Positions 26,398-38,977 of a stretch of 38,977 nt of DNA are shown here, piece by piece. This DNA is from Amoeboaphelidium protococcarum X5 (taxonomy: Eukaryota > Fungi > Aphelidiomycota): the NCBI GenBank assembly GCA_023515725.1, contig JALDTO010000175.1, positions 1-38,977 on the forward strand, written 5' to 3'. The notes below the pieces were generated by a model that was not told where the DNA came from, did no database searches, and was given only the letters and a program-made list of their open reading frames with translations. The first letter of the stretch is position 1. Every line of letters starts with the position of its first letter. A program made the translations under genes and the position numbers.

Positions 26398-28209
26398 TCA
26401 TAGAGTTAATCTGTCGATAGAGCTATCAGATATTCGGTATTGAATCATGGAGAATCCGGATGCTTGGAAGGAGCCAGGATTGACAACTTTACAACTCTCA
26501 GCTTCAAAAGCGTAATGCTCAACTTTATCAGCCATGACTAGTAAGTCTGGTAGTGGATACAGTCTCAGTGCATTATCTTGACTCCATACGACGGGCGACA
26601 CGTTTGGATTCAGTGGACTAAGATGCTGTTGGCCCAGAACAGTTCTTGCCATGTGGGCATTCAGATTACCCTCCTTCTACAAATTTGGTCTCAGTATGGC
26701 ATTGCGACACATTTTACTTGCCCAGTCTCCCCTGAACAATACCACGTCTCTACCGACTGCATTCTCAATAAACGAATTATGTTAACCGCTAATGGTAATT
26801 ATAGATTCATTAGGTGAAGCACTGCTGGCGGTATTTAGATTATCAGGCGCCATCTGAGATGAAGAGCCTCCAAACTTCAATCTGCATGGATTGCTTGCGA
26901 AATGGATCAAATGCTCTTTGATTTATAACAGTTTCTTGGCCACACTCTCGCTCCTGGCAAAAGGAGGACGCGTAATACTCAGAGGTAGAGCCGGCTGAGG
27001 CAGTAATGATACCGAATTACACCACGGATCATTGGGACCAGGTACAAATATAAGATGAGTGTGTTTACAGACGAGCGGATAGTTGGCTAGCAGATTCCAA
27101 AACTGGTTCCAACACGTTTTATGAGTGGAATACAGGTCAGATAGACTCTGGCTCTTTGAACTCACAAAATCACCTATGAGAACAAAACCAATTGGGGCCT
27201 CATATTAATTGCCTACTACAGCTGTGAATGCTCCAACTTTACCATGTTACAACGCAAATGCCACCTGCTGTTCTACCCCATCCAGTACCGCTCTGAACTT
27301 ATCCATGACCGCCTGCTGATCCATCCAGAAATCGGATATGATCAAAAGACTTGCAGATGGCTGATTCTACGCAACTAATTACTAAAGAGTGTTTGGGTGA
27401 GTAAGAGGATTTGGGCCACCAAAGTAGTCTAAACGTCGCAGATACTGCAGTGAATCAAGTTTACATTCTATAGGAGGCTGCGATATCACCGTAGCTCTAA
27501 ATCCACCCGGACCAAAGTAAACTCCAGATACCAACACTATACACGTCTCTGTGAATATGCCCATTTCAACTTCTGTATCAGATTCAATAATGAGTTTGAC
27601 AGAAGCATCCAGATCCTCTAGATGTATTTCCCCCTGGTTCAAACAGCTCAACATCCCCAATAGTGTGAATTCTTATCCTTCGCACCCGAGCAGATTCTTG
27701 ATACGTGTCAAGGTGATCTTGGAGTCTTTTGGTTTATACTGCTCCACTGCAGTAATTCTGTGATGAATAATCTCAAACCTCTCCCTGAACATGGCACATT
27801 TGTCATCCACATCGCCAATTGAGACCATCTTATGCTCGGCATTCAGAGTAAACTAATGCTGAACCTGATTAAAAGACAACTTGGGCGTCTACTTTGCATT
27901 AATCACGTACAAGTGCTCACTCATCATCTCATATGCATTCTATTTATCAATCTTGGCATCTCGGGCCAATTTCTAAATGACAGGTTTCAGCAGATCAGCA
28001 CTAATCTCATTAGCATCCTCAACCTCAATAAAGTACTGCGTCATTATACTATCTACAGCCAATTGAATCTCTTCTGCGTCACTAATACCGTGCTCTTACA
28101 CAACCTGTAGTAGAAAATCTGTTGTTTGAGGCTTCACGGGCATATTAAAAGAGTTTAATATTCTGTGCACCATCTTTCTAACCGCCCCATGATACTAATC
28201 CACCGTCAT
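26398..28209 (-). CDS. DPB2: DNA polymerase epsilon subunit B (~603 aa)
   Basis: Track ORFs 26398, 26923 and 27382 are in one frame; HLEDLDASVKL, GIFTETCIVLVSG, IFVPGPNDPW, QQHLSPL, LRLYPLPDLLVMAD, VNPGSF. Confidence 0.95.
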
Positions 28210-29109
28210 TCTTAAGTATACCTGAAAGTTAATGTAATGTGGTAGTACGTACCGTGTATTTAACAGATTCTGTAAGGAAGTAAAATGCAAATGAAGAGAG
28301 ACGGAGAGACGCTGTGAACGTTGAACCGACCTGTTTCAGAATTAAACGCGACCGCTTGAGAGAGAAAGAGAGTGAGAACGGACGTAAGTTTCACTTGTAT
28401 TGAACATTTCTAAATCATAATGGATGGCGAATAGTTAGAGCAAAATTTATACAAAGAAACTTTGTCATCATTCAAGTCGCGGTGTAAAATAAGACCGTCA
28501 TTCAATCGCATTGTTTCAACTAATACAGAAGACTTTAGTTGGAGAGAAAGAACGATTATAGGCATCGTTTGCTTCAGGGAGTTAGTTATGCATCTGGGTC
28601 ACTACTTTCGACATCTGGTTCTATATGCAAAACAACAGTAAACTGAAGTGGCCCAAGTAAATAAAGTTGATGAATGCATAATGAGTGAGAAACAGGAAAG
28701 CTGAGGGAAGACTACGAGAAACATGTCTGTGTTTGATCAGGAAAATCGATCGATCGCGTGTCGGCTGAGAAACGCCACACTCAAACGTAAAGAGAGAGAA
28801 CGCGCGTTCGTAACAGAAATTCCGTTTTCAAAATTCAAATTCAAATTGAAAAGTTCCGCCTTTCTTTTCCACTTTAAGTGACTCTGCTTTAACGTTCACT
28901 CAATTTAAAATCTGTTACTAAAGTGTAATTCACTCGAGTCTATTACCCCGCTCATCAGTGATCCACTTTATTATTGTTACTGCTGCTAAAGTTAGTTCTT
29001 TGTTTTGTACATTCATCAGTATACTGTATATTGTGTATATATAAATAATTGTTACCGCACCATTTAAAGCACTTTTTGGTTTTGGATATCCACAACACAT
29101 TGAACAAGA

Positions 29110-30024
<915 letters not shown>

Positions 30025-30273
30025 TTGAATTTTGAACTTAACTATAACTATGATCAACTTAAGCTGTAATCTTACTGATTGCTTTTAGTTTTATGACATT
30101 TCTCTGAGTAAAGATCGATGATGATGTAGTTGTTGGGTGGTCCCTCTTTACGATTCCACTCGAAGGGACTATTACGGAATCAATCAGAACTAAAAATTCA
30201 ATATACGACAATTTGACAAGATAAAATAATCATTATTTTACGCGTCGACAAAGATATAATAATTATGAGGTAT

Positions 30274-30795
30274 TCAATCAACATTTTCGGAAACCTTCTC
30301 GAAATCGACCAGTTCTGGAGCAGCGTCGTCACCAGCAGCAGCACCGCCTTCACTCTGCTGAGCAGCGGCCATCTTCTGATACTACTCAGCCAACTGCTTC
30401 AACTAGTTCAAATTCTCCTGTCCCATCTGAGTCAGAATACCAGGCATCAGATCTTGCAATTCCTTCTCTGCAGCATTACCGCTGATGGCAAACATATTTC
30501 CTTGCACACACGCGACAACCTTTGGTGCCTTCATGTGAATAATCTTTCCATCAGACTTGAACATGTTCACCTCCTCAATCATCGGAATGCCCTGAATTGG
30601 GAACTTCTTCAGCGCGGTAGGAATACGTCTATCCTCAGTGAACGCGCCTGCTGCAGACTATTGCACAGCCACCGAGGCAGAGTTTCCACCGGCGACACTG
30701 GTAGCCTTGGTGCTCTTCTTCATCTTACGTCGCGGAGTTCCCTTTCCACCGATACGCACTTGTGATTACAATTCCTTTAATTTATCCTAATTCAT
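30274..30795 (-). CDS. EGD1: Nascent polypeptide-associated complex beta subunit (BTF3/EGD1), 173 aa
   Basis: MNQDKLKELQSQVRIGGKGTPRRK...IEEVNMFKSDGKIIH...PKV...LMPGILTQMG...APELVDFE. Confidence 0.95.
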
Positions 30796-31081
30796 TGTGT
30801 CTTGGTTATGTTTATTATTACTATTGTACTAATCTGATGTGGTAGCTACAATACTATAGTATTCCTCGTTGAACGCTGAGAAAAATGCGCGTTCGCTTAT
30901 GCGATCAATCAAGGAACCGAAACCGACACGAATAAAGATTAAGCGCGTTACGAGTCAGCGTAAATGATGAAGCAATAAGAGCTATAAATCTATAAGAAGA
31001 AACAACAGGTTTATTCAGTAGTACATTCATCATTATTTTATAGAGTATTATCGCGTGTTGAGCATTTGGAGAGTATATAAT

Positions 31082-32197
31082 TCAATTATAGACTTCAAAG
31101 TATTAATTGATGGGAACCATTCCTTTCAGCCAGAATCTTAGAGTGTGAACCACTAGATTCGTTTCATCATGGAGTATATTGTACACGGGAGAACTGAACG
31201 CTATCATGTCTTCCTCACCACCAGCAAGCCTAAGTGTGTAATATGCATTTACTTTCTATTTCTTTCTATCGGCAAGAAGTGATTTATAAAGCTAATTATT
31301 CTACTGATAGTGATTATTCTAGGTATTGTCTATGATGGATTACAACATTTCATCTTTAGGAACGTTGCTAGCATTTTAAAGATACACTAAATACCTCGCA
31401 ATGTCCTCACTAGATATAGACAACTTGTTAGCGCCATACTTCCTCAAGTACACCCTAACAAATTACCATCCAAATCCATCAGTGAAAATGATATTAAGCG
31501 GCATTGAGCGTCCATGTATCAATCGATAATACATAGCCGTGGAGTGAATGTAATCTCTAGCCAAATCAGAGTCGGCAATAGTGCCTAGATCGGCAACCTT
31601 TTCAATCAAACAAGTGGCGCGTTATAAATCTGGACCATCATCTTTAATATCATTCTTGTACTACTACTACTATTATTATGCTTGCTTGTATTGCACGAGT
31701 AACGCATTCAACGGCTATGGGCGATATTACTTGGATAATTCTTTTATTTCCATTTGAGGAGTGACTGTATAATCACATTGAAACCTGTATCGGTCATTGT
31801 ATTCAACATTCTACTACTGGAACTACTTTTGCTTCACTATAAAGTCGTGATGAACAGTCTACTAAATACCGACGCGATATAGATCCAGTTACTTTTGAGC
31901 AGCATAGCTAATCCTAGAGTCAATATTGTCTTTCAAGGGAAGACACGCCTCTGTTAATAGTGAGTTGATCAAGAGGTCGCGTCCATGCGAAGATGCAGCC
32001 GTTGAAGTCATATCAAAAGTGGATGATATTCGTTTAATATTCTCCTACAAATGCCTGGACAATTACTCTGATATTAGCGGTGGCTGTATATGACTCCGAC
32101 ACCAGTTTACATTCCCCGAGAGAAAAGGATTTCGTTACTAGCCATCACCACCATTGTCGTATCTCAGAGATACATCACGCGTCGCATTACCACTCAT
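31082..32197 (-). CDS. Hypothetical protein with a possible degenerate PD-(D/E)XK/REase-like fold (371 aa)
   Basis: ORF is open with TAR=Gln; motifs CDYTV...CLIEKV...IIFTDGFGWQFVRV; polyQ run encoded by TAA/TAG repeats. Confidence 0.65.
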
Positions 32198-32489
32198 GGC
32201 GCTTGAACCCACTAGGCATTCCAAATCTTTAAGTGTGATATTGATAGAATTTCGCAACTGGAGTCTTTATTTTAATGACTTTAACAGTTCAAGATTAACT
32301 TTTAGCGTCATAATTATTTTTACAAATATTTATTACGATTGTTGAGATTTATAGAGAGGCGACTCTACTTACTGCTTTACAGTCGCCCAACATGGTTTTC
32401 ATCCTTCTTTCCTTCAATCATTTTACACTTTTAGTAAGTTAGTCCCTAACAGTATAGATTTCTAAGTATTTATAGATTACTTTTAAAAA

Positions 32490-32749
32490 ATGCCAACTAC
32501 TCCTACTTAGAGAATAAAGAACTAGACCTTCTAAAAGAATATCAACAAGAGAGGTTCAGCTACTAATAGATTGGTAATTTGATTTATATTAACTCGTTTT
32601 TGAACTTGATTTTTATTGTTATGTGTGTTTATAAGTAGAAGAAAGAAGAGGCTGGAGCTCTGACTGGAAATGCCAAGTATATCGTCTACTTTCTACTGAT
32701 CATTGTAGTTGGCTCGTCTCTTGCTGAAATTATTAGACAGTTTTGGTGA
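32490..32749 (+). CDS. SERP1: RAMP4/SERP1 (Ysy6) ribosome-associated membrane protein; intron 32574-32638
   Basis: TPTQRIKNQTFQKNINKRG...YIVYFLLIIVVGSSLAEIIRQFW*. Confidence 0.9.
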
Positions 32750-33305
32750 ATATATTAATCAAGTTGTCAATATAATCATTGCCTTTTTTCGGGATGTCTT
32801 ATTATAAAAATTGCTTTATTGATAGACGACTAATATATATCGATCTACAATCATGCACTATCATTCAAAACTTAAACATGTGCATTTACCAATCTAGTTT
32901 GCTTATTCATTAGAGATCACTTGACTAACTTTTGGAAGTTTTTATTGTCATCTAATAATCTCATAGTTCGTTTCATTTCCTTTAAATTGATTGAATCTTG
33001 AATTAAAAGATACTTCTCCCTATAATTAATGCTCGGTATGCTTATTATCATAAGAAATTCTACATTACAATAAATTAACATCTTCTAAAGGTTCGAATGC
33101 TCTGATGCGGAAAGAAAGGTTCACTCCCTCCACCAGCCTATGCGTGGGATATATGGCGTGAAATACTATCATTTAACTGATCAAATAGACTCACTACAAA
33201 AAATCGGAAAAAAGCTTTAAATCCAGCATACTTAATTACATAAACAGCGTAAATTTTAAATAGCAACTATGATTCTATACGTTGACTTGCGCGTTTTTTC
33301 ATATC

Positions 33306-33364
33306 CGGGTCTCACAGACCCGACCGGAATTCAATGGTTAAAACATCCGGGTCTGTGAGACCCG
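33306..33364. repeat. Pair of 17-bp inverted repeats, each itself a 7-bp-stem palindrome
   Basis: CGGGTCTcacAGACCCG (33306-33322) and CGGGTCTgtgAGACCCG (33348-33364) are exact reverse complements; GGTTAA lies between them. Confidence 0.9.
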
Positions 33365-33490
33365 AATTGCGATTGTTCGTTTTTTCGCCGTTTCGAGAGA
33401 ACGAAATTCTAGTGGGTTTACTATCTTTGTCTCTTTTTTATAGTTATTGTAGATTGAATTGATTTTAAACCGAGAAACAAAATTGTTAGT

Positions 33491-34561
33491 ATGGTGATGT
33501 ACAATAATAAGCGATAATAAAGAATGGATTATGCACCTATGGATTTTGAGTATCAAGTAAAGCAGCGATCCATATTTGATGATGAAATTGCATCTACTGC
33601 TGAACCTGAGAGTAACGCTATGGAGGATACACACCAGACAGATATGGACATTGACAGTAGTTCTAATGACTGTTTTACTTCTAGCTAATAAATTCAGAAC
33701 TATGAGCATTCAGAACAAGATAAAGAGAATAATCCTCAAGTAGTTGTCAATGACGCGAAAGATGATAAATTATCGTCGGTAGAATAATAGTCAGTGTCAA
33801 AACCCATGACGAATGCTGACCATCGATTATAGGGATGGAGCAAGCATGGTGCTAATGATGGCTAATTCAAGTATCTAGTGTTAGATCGTATGCCGGGCAT
33901 TATATAAAAGTGGGTGATGGCTGGGTACAATCTATTTTTGTATATTTTGTTCATAGTGGTGGTTCTGTATAGCTTGTATTCTATATACTCCGATTTTAAT
34001 ATGAAGGCTCAGATTATGCAGCGACGGCATTCAGAGAGTATTCTAAAGTGTACGCAGCATTATGAAGATAATAAATGTCATCCATCTACGCGCGTTCCGG
34101 CTCTCTAGACGCTGTGTACTGAGTGGCAAGATTGTATGAACGCACCTCATGAATATGGCAGTATGCGGATATGGAGTTTACTCGTGGCGGACGTGATAGA
34201 GACGTTTATCTAGTCTCTTAGCTTCAAAACTTTATTGATAATTGGCGTCTTTGTTATTGTTAATCTGGTATTTAGAAGCTATCGCAGCGGTGGTAGTGAT
34301 ATCAATAACAAGTAGATGAAGTAATAGGGCCGCAACGGATTAAATAGATCCTTGTCTGATTACCACGCTTATCATGAGTTTGACGGCAGCCAGAATTCTT
34401 CTATACCTGTCCGCTATGAATATCTCAGGCCTGTTATTTTGTCTGGTCCTTCATTTGGGCAAACTGCTTTTATGCATCGAAATATTGCTCCATCTGAGAG
34501 TGAAGATTCAAGTTAGCGTTGGGCTGTTTAAAGGTAGAAGTACGATTTTGATGATGAATGA
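33491..34561 (+). CDS. Brr6/Brl1-family nuclear envelope protein (~356 aa)
   Basis: N-terminal PMDFEY; TM; four-Cys luminal domain CTQHYEDNKCHPSTRVPALQTLCTEWQDCMN; FIQSLSFKTL and a second TM. Confidence 0.92.
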
Positions 34562-34691
34562 TTGTTATAATGTACCTAAACTTTTTTTAATTTGATTCAT
34601 GTTTATCTGTTATAATCTTTTATTTATCACTCTCAATTTCCGATAAAACAAGAACGCGATTAAATATAAAGAATATAATATTTTTTGATGT

Positions 34692-36061
34692 ATGTAGTAG
34701 TTGGCGAAACAAATCAATAATAGTAAAAGTGTGAAGATGGATTGTCTTGTGATTGGCGGCGGTATCATTGGATTTAGCTGTGCATATCAGTTGTTGAAGC
34801 GACGGCCAAATCTATCGTTACTCCTCGTGGACAAGAACCAGTACTGGGGTGAAGAGTAAACGTCACGAAATAGTGAGGTTATTCATGCTGGTATATACTA
34901 TCCTAATGATTCACTGAAAACTTAGCTTTGCATCCGTGGTTGTCATTTGCTTTATCAGTTCTGTAACACTTACCGCATAGATCATAAATAGTGCGGTAAA
35001 TGGATCGTGGCTACAGATGCGGATGAATGTGACAAGTTGCATAGTCTTTATGAGAAGTGCAAAGATTTAAACGTACCTCTACGCTTCCTGCCGCGATCGG
35101 AAATTCTTGACAAATGTAGTAGTTCACTCAGAATTAACCAACACACCCAAATACTGGAATCGTCAAAGAGTGGAATACTCGACTCTCATTAGTTTTTGTC
35201 GGCTCTTGAGGGATTGGTTCTTTAACACTCGAATGTTCATCTTTCGCTGCGAACCAGGGTGGAATTTATGTAATTTGACAGAGCATCGAGTAAGTATCGA
35301 GTTGAGGTTGAATGTACACCGCCTCGTTCCAAGAGTGGGCGTATAACTGATTAAAGTAGTTACCGCGTTCAATTGGAATCTAAAGCTGTGATAAATGCTG
35401 CTGGCCTTTGGTCCGATCAGGTTGCTCAGTTGCTCGGCGCTAATTTACCTGAAACTGGTAGTTATTAAAAGCAAAGTTTGTCATTGTATAAGATATATCC
35501 CAACAAAGGCCATTACTATACATTACCGAATAAGGATTTAAATGGGAATCCGCGCGTGGATCGACTAATTTATCCAATTCCGCTCAGCAATCTGACCGGT
35601 TTGGGTATCCATTGCACGGTAGATCTCACTGGGCGATTACGATTAGGACCAGATGCCGAGTGGATGCCTTTCGGTAATGAGGCGGAACGTGTAGAACGAT
35701 TATCAGATTACAGCATAGCAGAAGATGGACCTGAAGAGTTGCATCGACGATAAAAGTTCTTCAACGCTATCTAACGGTATCTTAAAGTTGATGACACGGA
35801 TTTTGAACGGATGGCGGTCGATTACGCGTCAATAAGGTAACAATGTAGTCCCCTTCATGTAAAGATTCAACCAATATAATCTGTTAAAAATGTAGGGCAA
35901 AGTTATCATCTCAAGAAAATCCACAGATTAGGGATTTCATAGTTAAACATGAAACTGATAGTGGGTTCCCAGGATTTGTAAACTTGATAGGTATCGAGTC
36001 GCCTGGTCTTACTGCATCCTTGGCAATTGGAGAAATGGTATCATAAATGGACATTATTTGA
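34692..36061 (+). CDS. L2HGDH: L-2-hydroxyglutarate dehydrogenase family FAD oxidoreductase; intron 35837-35895
   Basis: VIGGGIIG, EQTSRNSEVIHAGIYY, VINAAGLWSD, LIYPIP..GLGIH.TVDL, GPDAEW, NLIGIESPGLTASLAI. Confidence 0.93.
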
Positions 36062-36102
36062 ACCAAAAGTAAGTTATGATTGTATATATTGAAACATAGC
36101 GC

Positions 36103-38601
36103 TTAAAGATACTTTCCTTTAATATTGTTGACCACCAGTAGACGATGCTTCCGACGGAGTGCATCAAGCTGAGCATTGCTGACATTAAACGTCTCCGCGG
36201 TGGCAAATAACTCTTCGACAGCAGAGGCATTCATTTCCAGCCGCAGAAAGTACTCTTTTATCGATGGTAAGATCATATCCTCCCCATTCTTGCGTGTAAA
36301 GATGCCTTCATTCAACTTGACGATGGCCAGCGCCAGCTGGAAGAGAAAGGTGGAGCCGCGGTAGAAGAACAAATCCAAAGCTCGCAGCGCTATCGGCAAG
36401 GGAAGAGTGTTTATGAAAAGACAAATGAACCAAGGCACGCTCAGCATAGATAGGGAGATATTCACCCGCTTTAAATGAGTATCTACAGCAGAAAACTGCA
36501 GAGCCACCAACTCTTCAAAACAACTCTGATCAATCACAGCGCCCACCAATGCCCTGGTGTAATGATCAGGGAGTAGACGCTCACATAACGTACACAGCAA
36601 CCCAAATGCATCTCTTTCCGGCAGATATAAAAGAAATACAGACGCTATTATATTCATAGCCTATGCATAGCCAATAGTAGGATTACGCTGACTGTAAGCT
36701 ACCAGAACTCTCCTCAAAGCGTCAATACCATCAGACTAGTAGGCAGGATGTTCAGGCAAAGATCTATGTAGATCCTTTTCAATCTCTTCAAAAACACTGA
36801 GCTTCTCGCCACTTATAACGCGTCTATGAGCATCACTAAGCAGTTGATCATATTAATCCTGAGGCCCCTAGTCATAACAAGCTCCACTTAACAACATCCA
36901 AATCTCACCTCTAAAATCATCAGGGATTCCTCTCTTGACCAAATCACTCAGCTACTTATCTTTAATCATACACTAATCTCGCCCATGACTGGCCATAAAA
37001 TCTACCCACAATTCTTCCAATAATCCAACTTCTGAAGAGTTATACTTAAGTAGTGGAGATGTGGGGTATATCAATCTCAACGGACCATCGAATGGTGCTT
37101 TGAGCAAATTGAATCGGTCGACAGATGTTTATTATGAGGATGTCCTTGGTGGCACCTAATCAACAACAGACATTGATGATTATTTCACCGGTGATAGAGC
37201 AGGATAAGTGACGTGCCTCAACTTTTATAAAAGATACTCATAAATAGCTTTCTAGAACTTCAACCCATAAAACTTAAACTCCAGCCCAGATCTTACTCTC
37301 AACTTGAGTTGACTCGAAGATATAAGAGACAATAACTGATTTTCCTACTTAATACTCGAGATTTCAATAATCGGAACAGTGACTTGACAAGTTACTTGAG
37401 ACAGAGCAGGCGTAAACTGAGAGAGGAACGGGTCGATATACTATGAATAATAGCTCTACTAGGAGCCAGAGATAAAGCATAAGAAATCATCAGTAAGAAG
37501 TAGAAATCCATTTTCATAAACGCCCGCCTTGGATACTTACATCTGACAACCATGCAGTTCCTTGATAGATTAGGATTCAGGCAAGCGTAAATAGAGTCGC
37601 ATGAAGGCATTTCGCTTCTCATCATTCAATTCATTAACAACATCCTTGTGCATTTGAGCAGGTGGTGGCTAAAGTTGAAAAGTCTATTACTACTACGATT
37701 AAAGCGGCATAGATTTTGATTAAGAACTCCGCGCAGAAGATGAATTACCAACAGAGAGTGAAGACAATTGACGACTCATGGATCGAGGCTTTTACGCACC
37801 ACTTACAGACGTATCACCATCTATTATACTCTTCATGGCTGCATCGACAAGTGCCAGCAATTTCTAATGCAATCCATTACGCTGTCTAGACGCGAACATA
37901 TAAGACTTATAATTAGTGGATACTCTAAGGCATTCAGGTGTAGTGACTGAAATGGCAGGACTCAACTCAATCTTGCATACATCCTTGTACGGGATGGCGA
38001 CATTAAATTTCTGCAACACATCATTGAAATAGGCATCATATTAATGAAATGTCAGATGATCAGACATCAAATTAATATATCCCTTCTCATAATCAGAATC
38101 AGCATACCAAAATAATCCCTTGAAGCTGTATAATAGATTGTCAGGAAGTTGAAACATCTACTGCACTTGAATCTCCATCTCAGCTAGAGCCTTCTGCTCA
38201 TCCATGACCACTGAAGAGTTGGAGTATTCCAGTACCTGGACAGTGGACTTTTGGTCAAGCGTTTACTGCAAATACCTATTAATCTAGTCATCATCTTCCA
38301 TGGTGGCCATGGCGGGGAAAGCCTGCTACTCAACCCACTGCCAGTCTGTATGAATTTCCTTCATACTATCAGCAACAGCGATCACCTACTCCAGAATACC
38401 TGCATCAGATCCATCTTCTCCAGCTACCAAGTGTAGGGTCATCTTTATCCGGTACTTGTACTCTGCAATAACTTTTCTCTTGCGCTGTGTCAATGGAGAC
38501 TTGAACTAATACTTGCTCTATTCCTGTAATGCAAAATAGTGATTCGATGCCTAATCGATCCATCTAGATGTATCCGTAATCACAGTCGGTTTTATAAACA
38601 T
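36103..38601 (-). CDS. TBC1D8/9 (Mdr1/Gyp2)-like Rab GAP with two GRAM-like domains; 3' end uncertain (TAA at 36103, first in-frame TGA at 35911)
   Basis: N-terminus MFIKP...NHYFALQ...EIHTDWQWVEQ resembles TBC1D9; IEKDLHRSLPEHPAY (R finger); GYAQAMN (Q finger, Q=TAG); LLPDHY...GAVIDQ. Confidence 0.9.
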
Positions 38602-38977
38602 TTTTATTCTCCGCTTCAACTCAGAAGTAAAATCTTCTATGAGTGACTATATATGGTAATAAGCACCCGCGTTAACTCGTTACTGAACCTGACTAAAACG
38701 GAACAAAGTAGCTCAACTAAGAAAGGCAGTGAACGCGAGCTCAGTTTAGACGAAAGATAAAGAGAAAGGAGAGAGATCGCATTAAAACGCAATTGTACGC
38801 GACTTTGTTTTGTTTCCACGCAATGAATGATCTGCGCACTGGTTTTTCATACAGTATATAATCGTATTTGTATAGTTGAATTTAGGACTTAGCATTGTAT
38901 TAAAACTTGACTAGAAATGTGCGGAAGGACGGCAATGTTTTTGCGACTGTAAGATCTGGATAGAGTATTGAATTAAC

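Noticed and set aside
30265-30765. 166-aa plus-strand ORF
   Set aside because: It is the antisense shadow of EGD1/BTF3.
33086-33160. tRNA-like GGTTCGAAT (B-box) sequence
   Set aside because: I could not fold a cloverleaf or find an acceptor stem; tRNAscan-SE would settle it.

Overview
Compact, gene-dense eukaryotic nuclear DNA using a non-standard genetic code: TAA and TAG encode Gln and TGA is the usual stop (translation table 6). The supplied standard-code ORF track therefore breaks real genes into fragments. Re-read by hand with TAR=Gln, the window holds about 21 protein genes with few, short (44-80 nt) GT-AG introns. Recognisable genes: Sec61-beta, a single-domain 6TM Nav/Cav-like channel, Npa1/URB1, RUS1, an importin-beta family protein, an O-fucosyltransferase/CigA-like enzyme, ITPase, an ARL6IP1/FAM134-like protein, CCDC22, DPB2, a catalytic-domain-only MTHFR, NAC-beta, RAMP4, Brr6/Brl1, L2HGDH and a TBC1D8/9-like RabGAP, plus several orphans. 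Fungal-like proteins together with UAR=Gln and retained CCDC22 suggest an aphelid such as Amoeboaphelidium (inference, not verified). The main accessory locus is 14.0-16.5 kb: diverged ~275-bp direct repeats enclose an orphan coiled-coil gene with an RNxxAH (HEPN-like) motif, and the second repeat is split by a 520-bp hAT-type MITE with perfect TIRs and an 8-bp TSD. All translations were done by eye and no database searches were run.
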